A DNA stretch of 63,323 nucleotides, filler included, from Perkinsus chesapeaki ATCC PRA-425 (lineage: Eukaryota > Protista > Perkinsozoa): NCBI GenBank assembly GCA_013115145.1. It is 6 parts of 6 records of this genome, joined end to end, with 100 filler letters (N's around TTAATTAATTAA, not from the genome) between each part and the next. Parts side by side here need not be neighbours in the genome. Positions count along the whole stretch, not along the records: positions 12,087 to 39,108 come from JAAPAO010000498.1; 5 more parts are not named here. One strand, written 5' to 3'. The first letter of the stretch is position 1, and each line of letters starts with the position of its first letter. Below are positions 25,517 through 37,127 of the stretch, one piece after another. The position numbers and the translations under genes were made by a program. A model generated the notes under the pieces. That model did not search any database. It saw nothing but the letters and a program-made list of their open reading frames with translations, and had not been told where the DNA came from.

Positions 25517-26146
25517 TCACTGGCCATCAAACCTAACTGGGCAGAATCTAATCATGAGGTACATATTATAGCATAAGAAGCAGAGGTATCCAAACCACAT
25601 CAGACTTTCCACGACCACCGCAAACCACCAGTAGCCTCGCACGTTGTATGTGAGGCCCTTGAGAAATCCATTTATAGCACCGCCGCCGGCCAACATGAAG
25701 TAAAGACCTATTACGAACATAATGGCGGCCGCTATCTTATGATAAAGAAGCTGCCTCCTCGAGCGCATAGCAAGGGCCAGGTATCCCGTGTAGAAGACCA
25801 CAAATGTAGCAGAGCCGAAGATTACCAAGTTGAGGAAAGTGTACAGAAGCGTGACTAGAGGGGATTGATAGGCAAGAATAACAATGATAGTGTCAACTAT
25901 GTTGAGGAGAAGAACTGCTACAGCCAGTAAGAAATTGGCATGCAGTAGATTGCATCTGTGGGCAACATTGATGGGCAGGTCATCATGGGGCTTATAATGG
26001 AAAAGCTTCGTGCCTTTTGGGTAGTTGAGGTCATTCCAGTTGGGCCCCTCTTGTGGTGGACCGCTGACATTGAAGGCGAACTGACCAGTGCCTTCCTCCG
26101 CAGCGTTGATATCTGAACTATTAGGTGGGGCCGATGGACTATGCAT
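25517..26146 (-). CDS. SCAMP: SCAMP-family secretory carrier membrane protein
   Basis: NYPKGTKLFHYKPHDDLP resembles the SCAMP NWPP..Y.DI..EIP motif and is followed by four hydrophobic helices, with FVVFYTGYLAL in the E-peptide region. Confidence 0.7.
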   Translation of the reverse strand: MHSPSAPPNSSDINAAEEGTGQFAFNVSGPPQEGPNWNDLNYPKGTKLFHYKPHDDLPINVAHRCNLLHANFLLAVAVLLLNIVDTIIVILAYQSPLVTLLYTFLNLVIFGSATFVVFYTGYLALAMRSRRQLLYHKIAAAIMFVIGLYFMLAGGGAINGFLKGLTYNVRGYWWFAVVVESLMWFGYLCFLCYNMYLMIRFCPVRFDGQ

Positions 26147-26632
26147 CTCAACAGGAAGCTAACGAGATAAAGATCTGAAGATAACACCTTCCAACTTGAG
26201 GCACAATGAAAAAGGATGTCAATATGAGTATAGTCAAAAAGGCAGATTTGGGTCAGCCCCTAATCACAGTAAACATCTTGTCTTCGGAGGACGGTGCGAC
26301 CTACAGGGATATCAATAGCGGCAGCACTGAGACTAATCCCTACCACCGCATTATGGGTGTTGCCCTCTTGTGAACAATCTGGGGTGCTACTATGCCTCTT
26401 GAGATGGTAGCGACAAAGATCCTCTGATACTTCCGGGCTCGCCACTATCCTATGGCAGCCGTACGGTACGCTAACTACGGTCTGAGACGTCGATGGCCGC
26501 AACCGCGGAAACGACAGTGACGCACCTTGAGCGAGCGCGATAAGCGCCTCGGCTCTTCGTCATCACTTGACAAACTTTCTGAATGAGGCCCTTCGGTAGG
26601 CGTTACACCTAACACGGTTTCTGTAAGGTCGG

Positions 26633-28203
26633 CTAGGAGAGAAATATACAAAAACCAATTGGATGCGGTTCACCAGCGACGTTACTCTTCCAGGCCGATA
26701 TCCTTCGCTTCTGCATCGCTCCATCTTGTTCCACAACCGATACGGTCGATGATACCATTGGGCTTTCAGTCGGAGTTACTGTCACGCCCTTCAATGCCAG
26801 ACACAGTCGCTTAGCCAGGAACTTGGACATACGGTTCACTGCAACCATGCCGGACGGCAGTAACTGCAAAGCAGCCCATAGTGAAGCCGTACTCGAGGCT
26901 ATCTCACGTACTCGTGCGAACATCGGGAATATGTGGAACATGTCCGTGTATATTTCAATCGACAGCCTGGATAGACTGTAGACCTTCGCCCGTCGCGCCA
27001 ATGCTAGAGTGTCAACCAACAGGCCTTCGCTACCTCCAGCCTGGAGCAGCAACCTCCATTTCAGTCAACTCTGAATCCCTACCTGAACGATTATTGGTAT
27101 GTCTCTGAGGCAGCTAAGGTCGGCATGAAGAGGTGAAGCCAGTGGATTCTGAAATGTGACGATAATAGTCAGAACATTGGCGGTCCGATCTGTACAAGTG
27201 TAACGTCTGTTGTCAGGGATCTTGCTCGCCTCCATGCCTTGAAGTCGCTATCCGCCGGAGGGCACTCGGGGTCAGCATTCTGAGCGTCACCGAAGAGATA
27301 AAGGTCGGCCGACATCCAAATACATGCATCCGTCAGATAGCATATGCTAGGCTCGTATGCCTGAAATGTGTACAAGCTTTCACCGTGTTGAGTGATGCAA
27401 TATACCTGATTATCAATAGCCCTTCGAAGATCTAAGAATGGACTGCATACCCCCATTGCACCAGGCAAAGGCATGGGCTTCCCCCCAGGTGTTAGGTAAC
27501 CCATTGAGAGAGCGATGGCCATCGAGATGGATAGGCCGCCGCCTGCAGAGTCGCCACACACAAGAATGTGTGTACTGGATGCCACAGGATACGGACTGTC
27601 CTTACTGAGCAAGTACGCGTAGCCGTTCACGGCATCCTCGACCGCAGTGGGGAAGACGTACTGAGGGGCTTTTCTGTAATCGATAATAAAACCAACAACA
27701 CGTGGGGCAACGTTGTGACCAAGAATCTCATCAAATTCCTGCTGGGTTTTAGCGACGAGGCGAGCGCAGTACTCCAAATGGGAGTGGACGCCGTCGAGGA
27801 AGATGTAGCCTCCTCCATGTAGGAAATACAGCACCACGATGGACTGAGAATTCCGCAGCCCACCCATGGACCATCGCTCCACTGGTCCTGTGTGGACCCA
27901 TCTGGCAGGGACTGGTCCTACTCTGTCCTCCTCGGTTCGAATCCCAGGCATGGCGATTCGAGCGTATAACGGGAAGAAGAACGACAACCAAGTGTCGTCG
28001 ACTTTGGACACTGCAGCATAGATAAGGCTGCTCTCGGATTGCAGGATCTCGTGTGGTCTCATCATCTCAAGCACAAGCTCGACCGTCATTGGTAACTTAG
28101 GGGACTTCCTTCTCCGCAGAATAACAGTGAATACAACAAAGCGAAGGATTCGGGTAACATAATGGCTCAAAAGTCGAAGTCGAGCAGACCACGGCAGTTT
28201 CAT
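26633..28203 (-). CDS. HSL/GDXG alpha/beta hydrolase, copy 6 (most divergent)
   Basis: YFLHGGGY, DYRKAPQYVFP, CGDSAGGG, PIIVQ|AGGSEG, TDMFHIFPMF. Confidence 0.88.
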
Positions 28204-28640
28204 ATCCTGTAATGTGAGCCTGATAAAGCGGGCAGCAGTAGCACCTATATCATTTCCAGCAACGGGCAGCCTACCTCAAAGCGTTGACCGATCTATATAG
28301 AACCAAAGCTCCAACTTTAATGTGGTTTTTGATGAAGTAGAGTACCAGCAGGCGGAGGATGATAATCTCCTTGCTGCGGCCAATAATGACACACTTGACC
28401 AGAGTCTTCATAAACGCCTTTATGGCTCCTTGTGGCCGAATATCCGAGAGCACTGTCATTTGGATAGGTGTGGCTGAACATACAAGAACCCGACTCGTAC
28501 TGGCACTCTCAAGAAGATAACTCAATCACTGTCGCATTAACATCATACACAGGATCATGCCCCGAGGGATTCCCCCTCGACAAGCCTATAGTGAACAGTC
28601 GACGGAAGGGACTCCTCTAGCTCTCGGGCCTCACCAGGCT

Positions 28641-30797
28641 TCATCTCCTGACAACCAGCACAGTCCTCCGAATAAACCAGTCCTGCAATGACGCTACCTG
28701 AGTGACATTAGGCGCCGTCATGCTAGGACCATCGGGCTCCAGGCCAATGCTTTTACAGGCCTCCTCGATCCTCTTGCGGTAAGCTAGCTTTTGTTTGCCA
28801 GAGAAGTGCACCTGTATGCGCGAGTCCACAGCATTAGCTGTTGACGCTGGCCTTTGCCTGATGCCTGAAGCTCTCAACCGACAGTCTACTGTACGCCGAG
28901 TCCACCAGAGCTTCTCGAAAAAGCCCGCCATCCTCCACCTTCTCATCGACGAGGAGGCTGCTCGCCAAGGAGCTACCTGCAACCGCAGCGATTTAGCCTC
29001 TTCGAGCCGTATCCCCGCCTACCAATATAAAGTCTATCAAACTTCCCTTTGAATTTCTGCTTTTGAAGAATATCCTTCCTGATGTCGCCCAGCATGAAGT
29101 GTATTCGCACCTAGCACAGCCCATCACCCCATCGACAGTCTTGAGGTTCACATTATTGAACCCCGCTGGGAGGATTCGTCCCTTGTCACCGGAGCCTTCC
29201 GTGTCACTGTCCTCCTCCTCGACCTCTTCGATAGTGCACCTCACTTGCTCAAGAGGGCTTTTGTATCTTTGGACCACTCCCCCTCGTTCCACCATTAGGC
29301 TGATAGAAGACTCACGGGTAGGATTCCTCCCCTTTGGTCTTCGGTGGCAGGGCCTTCACTTGCCGCGTTACTATCTCGCTTAATATACAGGCCAGATTGA
29401 AGTCTGCGATCTCATGGCTGCTATGGACATGTTGCTCGTTAGACGTCTGAAGTGCATCCAGTCCCACTACAAGGCACCTCCTTCACCAGACACCTTAAAC
29501 AGGCGCTCCTGGTCACACTTATTATATGCCTCGGCACCGAAGCAGGCTAATGGAGAGTTGATGATGTCCGCCCAGAAGCCGCGAACCTTATAAGAGAGAA
29601 ATGGTAGCGAAACTGTTCAGAGCCAACCGAAGCCAACCTGCACGCTGGTCCCCTTGGAGCGACATCGACCATCTACGTAACTTGCCATGGTCCTATTGGG
29701 CTCGTCATATGTCCCTAGTCGAGTCTCGTAACATATTCCCGTCAAACCAAAGGATTTGTACTCCTACAACAAGCCAGTAGGTCCCCTCCCGCCAGAGAGC
29801 TCGTGCGACCTGCCAATGGACGGCAGGGGCTACGGTTCTGATGCCGTTGTGGTAGTCCCAGTCAAGGAGGTTCTTCCTGTGCTCGTAGCGTGTCTTATAA
29901 TAGCCACGCAATCGCTGATCACGGAGAGACTTGGCGTCGAACTCTACGGACTCATACCAGAATCCTGAGTGACAAACCGCTGTGGACGGGATCAGCGCAG
30001 CAATGAACGTCGAATGCCTTGCAAAAGATGGCTGTACACTTCTTGGGTCGATCGTCAAGTCGGGAGCAACCTTCTTACCGATGGACTCGTGAACGGCATC
30101 TCTATCCTTGAACTTGAGCGTCGAAAAGTCCAGCAGCTTCGAGAGACCTGGCGATGACCCAATAATCAGCGTTGTCAGTCTGTAGGAACGCACCAGCCAA
30201 GGAAGGGTCCTCATCGGCATCGCCACTGACAAGAGCTTGTAGCCGTCTCACTTGCTCTGACAAGTATCGAGCATCCTTCTTTCGTATCTTATCGACCCAC
30301 CAATAACCAGGTTCAACCATTAATGCCCTCACCAGTGCATTTCCATATAGTGACAGGAATAGCTCGCAGCGTTCTCTGATGGTGAGTTGGGGATTGGCGA
30401 CGAGATCCAAAAAGAAGATATGTCTGGCCAGAGTCTCGGGCGAAGATTCGTGGACCTACCACGACAAGCTTTTCTGGGCCCAAAGATACCTCTCCCACAT
30501 AAAAGTGCAGCGGTGGGTCATCACTGTGTCGCCTCGCCAACGTCTTCAATATATGCCTGATGTCCCCGGCGCCAGAAGTGAGGATGTTCAGAGACGACCG
30601 GGCTGAATCGGGCAACCATACGGAGGACAGATTTTGCGTATACTACGGGGCAGTTGGCCCTTGCTCTGTGCAAGCGGTTCATTGATGAGATCGCTGGCAA
30701 AGCTATTGCCCCACATCTGCGTGAAGCCTATCGCCTCGCTGATCTCACCAACGTGGAGAGACGGAGGAGCAGATGCCAGAGAGAAGGGGACCGCCAT
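28641..30797 (-). CDS. DNAAF3: Dynein axonemal assembly factor 3 (PF22) homolog, multi-exon
   Basis: AIGFTQMWGNSFASDL, LNILTSGAGDIRHILKT, TIRERCELFLSLYGNALVR, LDFSTLKFKDRD, RDQRLRGYYKTRYEHRKNLLDWDYH, RGFWADIINSP. Confidence 0.8.
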
Positions 30798-30888
30798 CTT
30801 GAAACAAGAATAGCTAACGCACGCACTACTCCAACACAGTGCGCGTTAGCACCGGTAACCAAACAACATCGCGGCAAGCATGAAGCTG

Positions 30889-31654
30889 CTACTTATCATC
30901 AAAACCCCACGCGAGACAGCGCGCCTCTGAACACGGAACGATACTTGGCCGAACTCTAATTATATACTCACCCATATCTTTAAACCTTTGCATTCCACAA
31001 TGAACATATGTTATCGGACGTAGGCTTTTGATGTACTCCAATGCTTCATCACTTGTGAGACCAAGTCGGCGGAGCAAACCATAAGTACACATGCCAGTTC
31101 TGTGGACTCCAGCGGCGCTGACCGATGACTTTGGCGTACCAGGAACGCACATAATAGCTACCAATGAATTAAAATATTCTTCCCTTCTTTCAAAAGCTCA
31201 ATGAGAGCATCAAAAAGCGCCATTAGACGATCGTGACCGTCTTCGTATCCTCTGTGCTGGTAGTAGCAGGACCAGAAGTTACACTGAATCCACTGCATAC
31301 CAAGGGCCGAGCAGGTACTGAAGGAACAGACGCGGACTGGGGGGCGGTAGAGGCCGATGCTCTCACGTGGGTATCATTTCAATCTGTCGCTGTTCTAGTT
31401 TGCCTTGCAAAGTGACGATGACGTCGCACTGCTCTACTTCACGAGCATAGACCAGCTGCTGTTTGGAGGGAAAGTGCCATAGGCACAGTCGGCCTGGACG
31501 GAGGAGATCCCAATACAAACGGATAGAGAGAGATTCCCCGAGAATCGACGCAAGTTACCAACAGACCCGAAAGCCGTCGAGGTGCAGCCACGAACCGGGG
31601 GTGTTTTTCTGACAAAAATGCGGCACGTGGATCCTCGCTGATGGTCGACATCAA
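30889..31654 (-). CDS. Small protein tyrosine / dual-specificity phosphatase, multi-exon
   Basis: Splicing GTAGCT..GGTCAG (about 31120-31165) joins EGKNILIH-C-AAGVHRTGM, giving an intact HCxxGxxRTG P-loop, followed by EALEYIKSLRP. Upstream exons DVIVTLQ and ALGMQWIQ. Confidence 0.75.
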
Positions 31655-31830
31655 CTCAATCGTAAGAAATTACTGCGCAAGACACTCCTACGTCTTGTGG
31701 TTATCAGAGAGCTCTCCAATGGTAAGCGAATCATTGAGGTCTTAAACGCTTCCTATGTCTATTCCAGCTGCACAACGAGTGTCCCCATGGATTATTGACC
31801 AACTAACACGAGGCATCGGCAAAGTTGACG

Positions 31831-32942
31831 TTACTGTGCTTTCTTAGCAAGCTTGATTTGAACAACCACGACCTCTGGTGAGAGGTATTCCTCCTTTGCC
31901 ACGCGCAGCTTCCCACCAGACTTGGCGAGAGCGCAAAAGTCGTCGACATCGTGACGAGCATTTCGAAGAGTGATGGCAAACATGGCCACACCCTCGGGCG
32001 CGAGAGATCTCTCGAGAACACGAACGAGGCCGGGCCAGACGAAACGGTTACCGTAGAGAATCTGAATAGGGCACAAAGATCAGCGGCACGAACCGGAAAC
32101 ATCCGGCGATGATATAAAATAAGTGCAATAGAGAGGATGCCATTAACGACTATGATTCGGCACCAAGTAGACACACGCTGATGCGTTACCTCGCAGCAAA
32201 CAACAACATCCACACAGCCTTCAATCTCCACTGGGAAGCTATCCTCATCAACCCAATCAAGCGCCAAGGCTTTAGCCCGGCCTTTCAGACGAGGATTCAG
32301 CTTAGAACTGCAGTTGACTTCAAGTAAAGGAAAGAGTTCAGGAAGATCAGATATATATACCTAACAACAACAACGCACTCGAGATATGGGGACAGAATTG
32401 TGCGATGTCGGTCATTCTAACACTGGCTTCCAAAGCGCGGCGGTAAAGAGATTCATATTTCCTACATCAGCTGCACCATCCGCTGCTAGAGCTAGAGATG
32501 TTACGCCTGTGCCTTCACCAAGGCCAAGGATTCGGAGGCCCTTATAGCTCCGTCGATGCTTACCAGCCCAGTTCAAGAAACGAATCTGATTACAAAGAAA
32601 TGATTCCCTTCTGGAATAGCGCATGCGTGCACTTTCCAATAAAGCTCTTCCCCCACCTACTGCAGCATCGAACCATAGCACACTCCCCAAGGATTCCGAG
32701 ACAGATTCCGGAAGCTTATCGACAAGCTCCGATGGCGGATGTGATTTCTGAAGGCGAAAGCAGCAATCCTACTAATTTTGTGGCGCGGTGAGGCTCCTCT
32801 CTCTTACCCTGGGGCATCTGGAGTGGGAACAAATCCCTTCTGTGTACGTTGCGCCCTCAAAAGCGGAGTCGTCTGCTACGTCGAAGTTGACGACGTGGAA
32901 CGAGTGCCCCCGAAATGTGAAGCGACTGCAGACCCAGTCCAT
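31831..32942 (-). CDS. METTL21/Methyltransf_16-like lysine methyltransferase, multi-exon
   Basis: GSVLWFDAA, KGLRILGLGEGTGVTSLALAADGAADV, ISDLPELFPLLEVN, ALALDW, DVVVCCE|ILY. Confidence 0.75.
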
Positions 32943-33124
32943 AGCCGCTAATTAAGTCGAACAGAAACAGAGGAACTGCCGAAAGCATTATTCTGACACC
33001 TCTAGCTGTACAGGCCCTGAAGCACTGCAACGCAAAACGCAATATTACAATAACAACGAGCATGTAGCGAATTAATAAAGACATCACATTCTTTCGAGAC
33101 AGGTGGCAAATTCTACATAGTCCC

Positions 33125-36100
33125 TCACATTAGCTGAGGCCTCTCTCGCAGCACCACAGCCGGCAAGTTGGGGGCCTGCCTTATAAAGCCTCTCCTTTGA
33201 AGGCTCACTCGCTGTGGCATCGGTGCCAAGTGTTGACCGACGACTACTCTCCGTTCCACGACAGGGTGCTCTGGTGAGGCGATTGGACCTCCCAACGGTG
33301 GCAACATCTCAGCACTCTCAAAAAGGCCGTGCGAGGCATCTGTTCTCTCAGGGTCGCCAGGGCCTTCCTCACCACTGCTATCGACAAACGAGTTCTCCAA
33401 AGGCACAAGCACTGGCTCGGCTGTGTCTTCCGACCCCTCCTCGGACCGTGGGCTCCCCTGCGTAGTTTGCTCGGGCGCCAAGGGCTCCTCCTCTGGGTCG
33501 TCGGAGAAAACTCGGGACTTCTTCTTACGGAACCGATGGGATGACATCTTCAACCGCCGAGCAAAACTCGAATTCTCCACGACACAGCGTCGTGAATCGC
33601 AGATAGCCGATGGATTTGGTCCATGGCCCGGTAGGCCATTGAGAACCTCCACATGATCTGGTACGCTATTACCATCTTGAAGCCCTTCCTCCTGACTGGT
33701 ATGCGGTGCTGCGGTGCGAGTAACTATCGCGGCCTGTCCAGTAGGCGTAGCAGAGGCGGAGATGGGACTGTGGGAAGCCTCTCCCAGACTTGCTGAAGCC
33801 TCGCCGGTGATGTCCTCCTCCACAGCTGCTTGTTCCTCATCCTGGCTGCTATGGGCCGCTCGTGGAGAGCTACCAATGTTCCATACACTATTCGGCGTCA
33901 GAGGAGTCTCCTCACTGGTCTTATCATCTGGGCTCTTAGAAGCGTCATCAGCCTCACACACAGGAGCCCTCACTATCACTTGGTCAGCTGCGTCGCTCAC
34001 CACGCTATCCACCAACGCCGGGCCTTCACTAGGCAGGCTCCGCTTGCCTACCACGGCAGGCGGCCTTCGCGGTGTAAACGCAATCAGGTCCTCATCGCCC
34101 TCGTCCTCCTCGACGCTCATGACGCTAAACTTCCCTCGCAAGCTGCTACGTGACATTCGAGCTCGAGCAGCAGCAGCAGCAGCCAGGGAGCTCCTCATGA
34201 GATCTTCATAAACCGCGCACGCATCGCACTTTCTGTTCCGGCATACCCGACCAGTTGTTATCCGCTCACATTCCCGATGCAAAGGCAAGAGTATCTCCGC
34301 TGGGGCGCTGGCGGGGGACCCGATGGGACGGCTCACTTGCCGTGGTCGCGCAGACCAATAAGAATGTTCTTGGTTGACACGACACTCATTATCGCGACTG
34401 GGCTCCTCCGGTGACATGCCACTCAACGACTGTAGTGCCGCGTCACTAACAGAGGGCTTATCAAGCCAGCGACGGCCAGACCTGGTCGGAGTTGAGGGGG
34501 GCTCCTGCGGTGGGCAGACCTCGGCAGTATCATCAGTCACCTTAAACTGCTCGAAAGTAGAGTCAGACGAAGACCTCGCCATACTAGACCTGCCGAAGGG
34601 GCTCCTTCTCCTCGCAGGTGGCGGTGGCGGCGATGATGGATCCAAGGTCAAACCACTGCTCCTCGTTCTCATGCTCCGAGCCGTCCTAGTCGGCAGTCTG
34701 AATGTTGCCTCCTCAGTCATGAATGAGCTCTCCTGTGTGTCGCCTCCATTCCTCACAACACTCGGCACACTACTGTCCACCCTTGGCGAAGCCGCAGCTA
34801 CACTGACGGCCGGCTGCTCGATGGCGATGCTGCCACTAGAGGGTAGCGGGGGCCGCCTGTCCTTGGGTAAGAAAGATGAGCTACAGGAAGACATAATGGA
34901 TACACTGTCCGACTCCATTCCCGCTCGAGGCGCCCTCCGAGGCTCTACCGAATTCGGTGCTGTCAGAGGCTCCCCAGGCTCGCTGATCGAAGAGCTTTCG
35001 AGTAGCGCAAGAGCTGGGTTAGTGACCGCAGGGACCGGAGAGCTGCACCGCACTCTAGGACTCGGGCTTAATGATAGCTCCACGTCCGAGCCTCCAGCAA
35101 CCTCGACCACGACGCCGTTATCCCTGGGTGACTTCATATCACCTGCTGTTACTGGCGAGATGCCAGCCTCCGGCTCACCTTCGACCACCAACTCTAGATC
35201 AAGCTGGCTGACTCCATCAGCATCGGAAGGTCTGCTCCGTTGTACCAAACCATCCTTCGGGCCTTCCGAATCCACAACACCGCGCACTATCGGTCCCTCG
35301 TGGGCGCTATGCATCAGGTCACTGGCTGAGCGTGCAAGCTCTAAGCTCCAGCCACGCACCGCTTTCACTGCCGGTCGTGATATACGATGCTTGGACTTCT
35401 GCCTCTCCGATCGGATAGAGAATCGTCCCGAGCTGCCATACTTCCGACCATTGCCACCAGTGCCGAACTCACGCACCTTTCCCCGGCCTGCCTCCCCTTC
35501 AGGAGACGCCGTGCTCCGTCGCTCTCGGCTGCCATCGCAGCCCTCGCCTGCTTGAGAGCACGCTGAAGTATTCAGTATCTGGTGATTACTGGCCTCCTGT
35601 AGAGGAAGCGTCTCTTCATGTGGCCCCGACGACAGGCTGACAAAGTCAGCGCTGTTGTAACTGATGACCGTCGTGAAACTGTCCCTCTGTTCATCTTGCC
35701 GTTTGCCGCTTGTGCTCGACGGGGATTTCAGTCTGAGCCTCGAGCCCTTACCACGCGGCCTTGCACCTGTAGGGCTCCGAACGCTAGCGCTGGAGTCTAC
35801 GGAAGACTCGGCCAACAAGGACTGATCTGTCGGCGAACTGATTGATCTCAGCGGTCGGCTGCTGGTCGGACTTTTGCGAGACCCCTTCAAGCTTCTAGAG
35901 CTCGATAGGCTAGACTCACCACGATAGAGGCGATCCACTGCTGACCGACTTGGTGACAGTGGTGCTTGGATGGGCGCCATCGGAGGCGGAGCTGCCGAGG
36001 TCTTGCTCTTCCTCGATTGCCGCCTTGGACTTGACATCATCTTCCCAGACGAGAAGTCCACTTTCATGGAGCATTCGGTCTCAGCCTTCACTAATGTCTC

Positions 36101-36865
36101 AAGATAGTCCCGGACAGGGAAAGCTTCCTCACTCTCCAGCTTCAACCCCTCTTCTTTGGTATCAGACTGACAGTGAGATGCATCGTCCAGGTCGAAGCTG
36201 TGGCTGAGGGATAGGCACGTCTCATCTAGCTGCTGTATTATAGCCTGGAGGGATGCCTCCGCAGATGGAATGCTCTCCGCTACAGTGTGCTCTTCTGCCC
36301 CTTCCTTGCCCTCCTCGATGGCCTTGGCATCCTTATCCCCCAAAAAGCTGGCATCGACCTTCAAAGGCAAAGTCTCCAAGGCATCAAGGACAACCCATCT
36401 GGACATAGCCTCCACACAGAGATCGAGGAAGTCGCTGCTGACTTCAGCCACCGCTATCCCCCGGGCAAGGCAGTCGGGCTTCGCTGCAGGAGGGTTCTCG
36501 ACATTAACAGGCTTAACCCGACCCTTCTGCGCAGCACACTGCCTATCACTAGCACCCCACGGCCGAGGATGGATCAGAGCTGTCGGCTTCTTTGCAGGAG
36601 CCTTAGTACCGTCAAGCTGCCCTCTACCCCGTGGGCAAGGCTGGAACGGCCGCAGTGGCTTACGGTCGATGTGCACCATATCAAAAGTGTGGTGCTTCTC
36701 CCCCTTCGGTACTACCCTAAAATCAATCCATTGCCGCGAGCTTCTCGCCTCCAACGCCTCTCCAGCTTCACCGGGGCCCATTAGCTTCTCGAGCTCCCCT
36801 TCCAATGCTCCTACAGCTCGCCATGCCGCCGAGAACGCTCCGTTGGAGCAATCATAGTCCATCAA
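33125..36865 (-). CDS. Intronless 1246-aa Ser/Pro/Arg/Glu-rich low-complexity protein of unknown function
   Basis: 3.7-kb uninterrupted ORF; no recognisable domain except a short CERITTGRVCRNRKCDAC cysteine cluster. Confidence 0.75.
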   Translation of the reverse strand: MMDYDCSNGAFSAAWRAVGALEGELEKLMGPGEAGEALEARSSRQWIDFRVVPKGEKHHTFDMVHIDRKPLRPFQPCPRGRGQLDGTKAPAKKPTALIHPRPWGASDRQCAAQKGRVKPVNVENPPAAKPDCLARGIAVAEVSSDFLDLCVEAMSRWVVLDALETLPLKVDASFLGDKDAKAIEEGKEGAEEHTVAESIPSAEASLQAIIQQLDETCLSLSHSFDLDDASHCQSDTKEEGLKLESEEAFPVRDYLETLVKAETECSMKVDFSSGKMMSSPRRQSRKSKTSAAPPPMAPIQAPLSPSRSAVDRLYRGESSLSSSRSLKGSRKSPTSSRPLRSISSPTDQSLLAESSVDSSASVRSPTGARPRGKGSRLRLKSPSSTSGKRQDEQRDSFTTVISYNSADFVSLSSGPHEETLPLQEASNHQILNTSACSQAGEGCDGSRERRSTASPEGEAGRGKVREFGTGGNGRKYGSSGRFSIRSERQKSKHRISRPAVKAVRGWSLELARSASDLMHSAHEGPIVRGVVDSEGPKDGLVQRSRPSDADGVSQLDLELVVEGEPEAGISPVTAGDMKSPRDNGVVVEVAGGSDVELSLSPSPRVRCSSPVPAVTNPALALLESSSISEPGEPLTAPNSVEPRRAPRAGMESDSVSIMSSCSSSFLPKDRRPPLPSSGSIAIEQPAVSVAAASPRVDSSVPSVVRNGGDTQESSFMTEEATFRLPTRTARSMRTRSSGLTLDPSSPPPPPARRRSPFGRSSMARSSSDSTFEQFKVTDDTAEVCPPQEPPSTPTRSGRRWLDKPSVSDAALQSLSGMSPEEPSRDNECRVNQEHSYWSARPRQVSRPIGSPASAPAEILLPLHRECERITTGRVCRNRKCDACAVYEDLMRSSLAAAAAARARMSRSSLRGKFSVMSVEEDEGDEDLIAFTPRRPPAVVGKRSLPSEGPALVDSVVSDAADQVIVRAPVCEADDASKSPDDKTSEETPLTPNSVWNIGSSPRAAHSSQDEEQAAVEEDITGEASASLGEASHSPISASATPTGQAAIVTRTAAPHTSQEEGLQDGNSVPDHVEVLNGLPGHGPNPSAICDSRRCVVENSSFARRLKMSSHRFRKKKSRVFSDDPEEEPLAPEQTTQGSPRSEEGSEDTAEPVLVPLENSFVDSSGEEGPGDPERTDASHGLFESAEMLPPLGGPIASPEHPVVERRVVVGQHLAPMPQRVSLQRRGFIRQAPNLPAVVLRERPQLM

Positions 36866-37127
36866 AGTAAAACAAAACTAACATACTCCATCCGCCTAGC
36901 CCCTCTACACAACACCGTAATGATGGAGAAATGTAGATTACTAGCACCAGTGGGCACCAATAGTTCAGCAATGAGGATAATAATTGTACGTAGAGCAGCA
37001 GCAGCATGATCATCATCAGCAGTGGTAGTAGTAATAGCAATTCCCTACTGACCCCCGCCAGCGGTATACCATTCATCCCCGGAGTCAGAGGATTCACTAT
37101 CACCATCATCACCACGAGCAACATCAT

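Noticed and set aside
14124-28052. Many 60-170 aa plus-strand ORFs over the hydrolase array
   Set aside because: They overlap well-supported minus-strand exons in antisense.
33714-36857. Long plus-strand ORFs (393, 195, 165 aa) opposite the 1246-aa gene
   Set aside because: Antisense shadows of a GC-rich, Ser-rich frame; no independent motifs.
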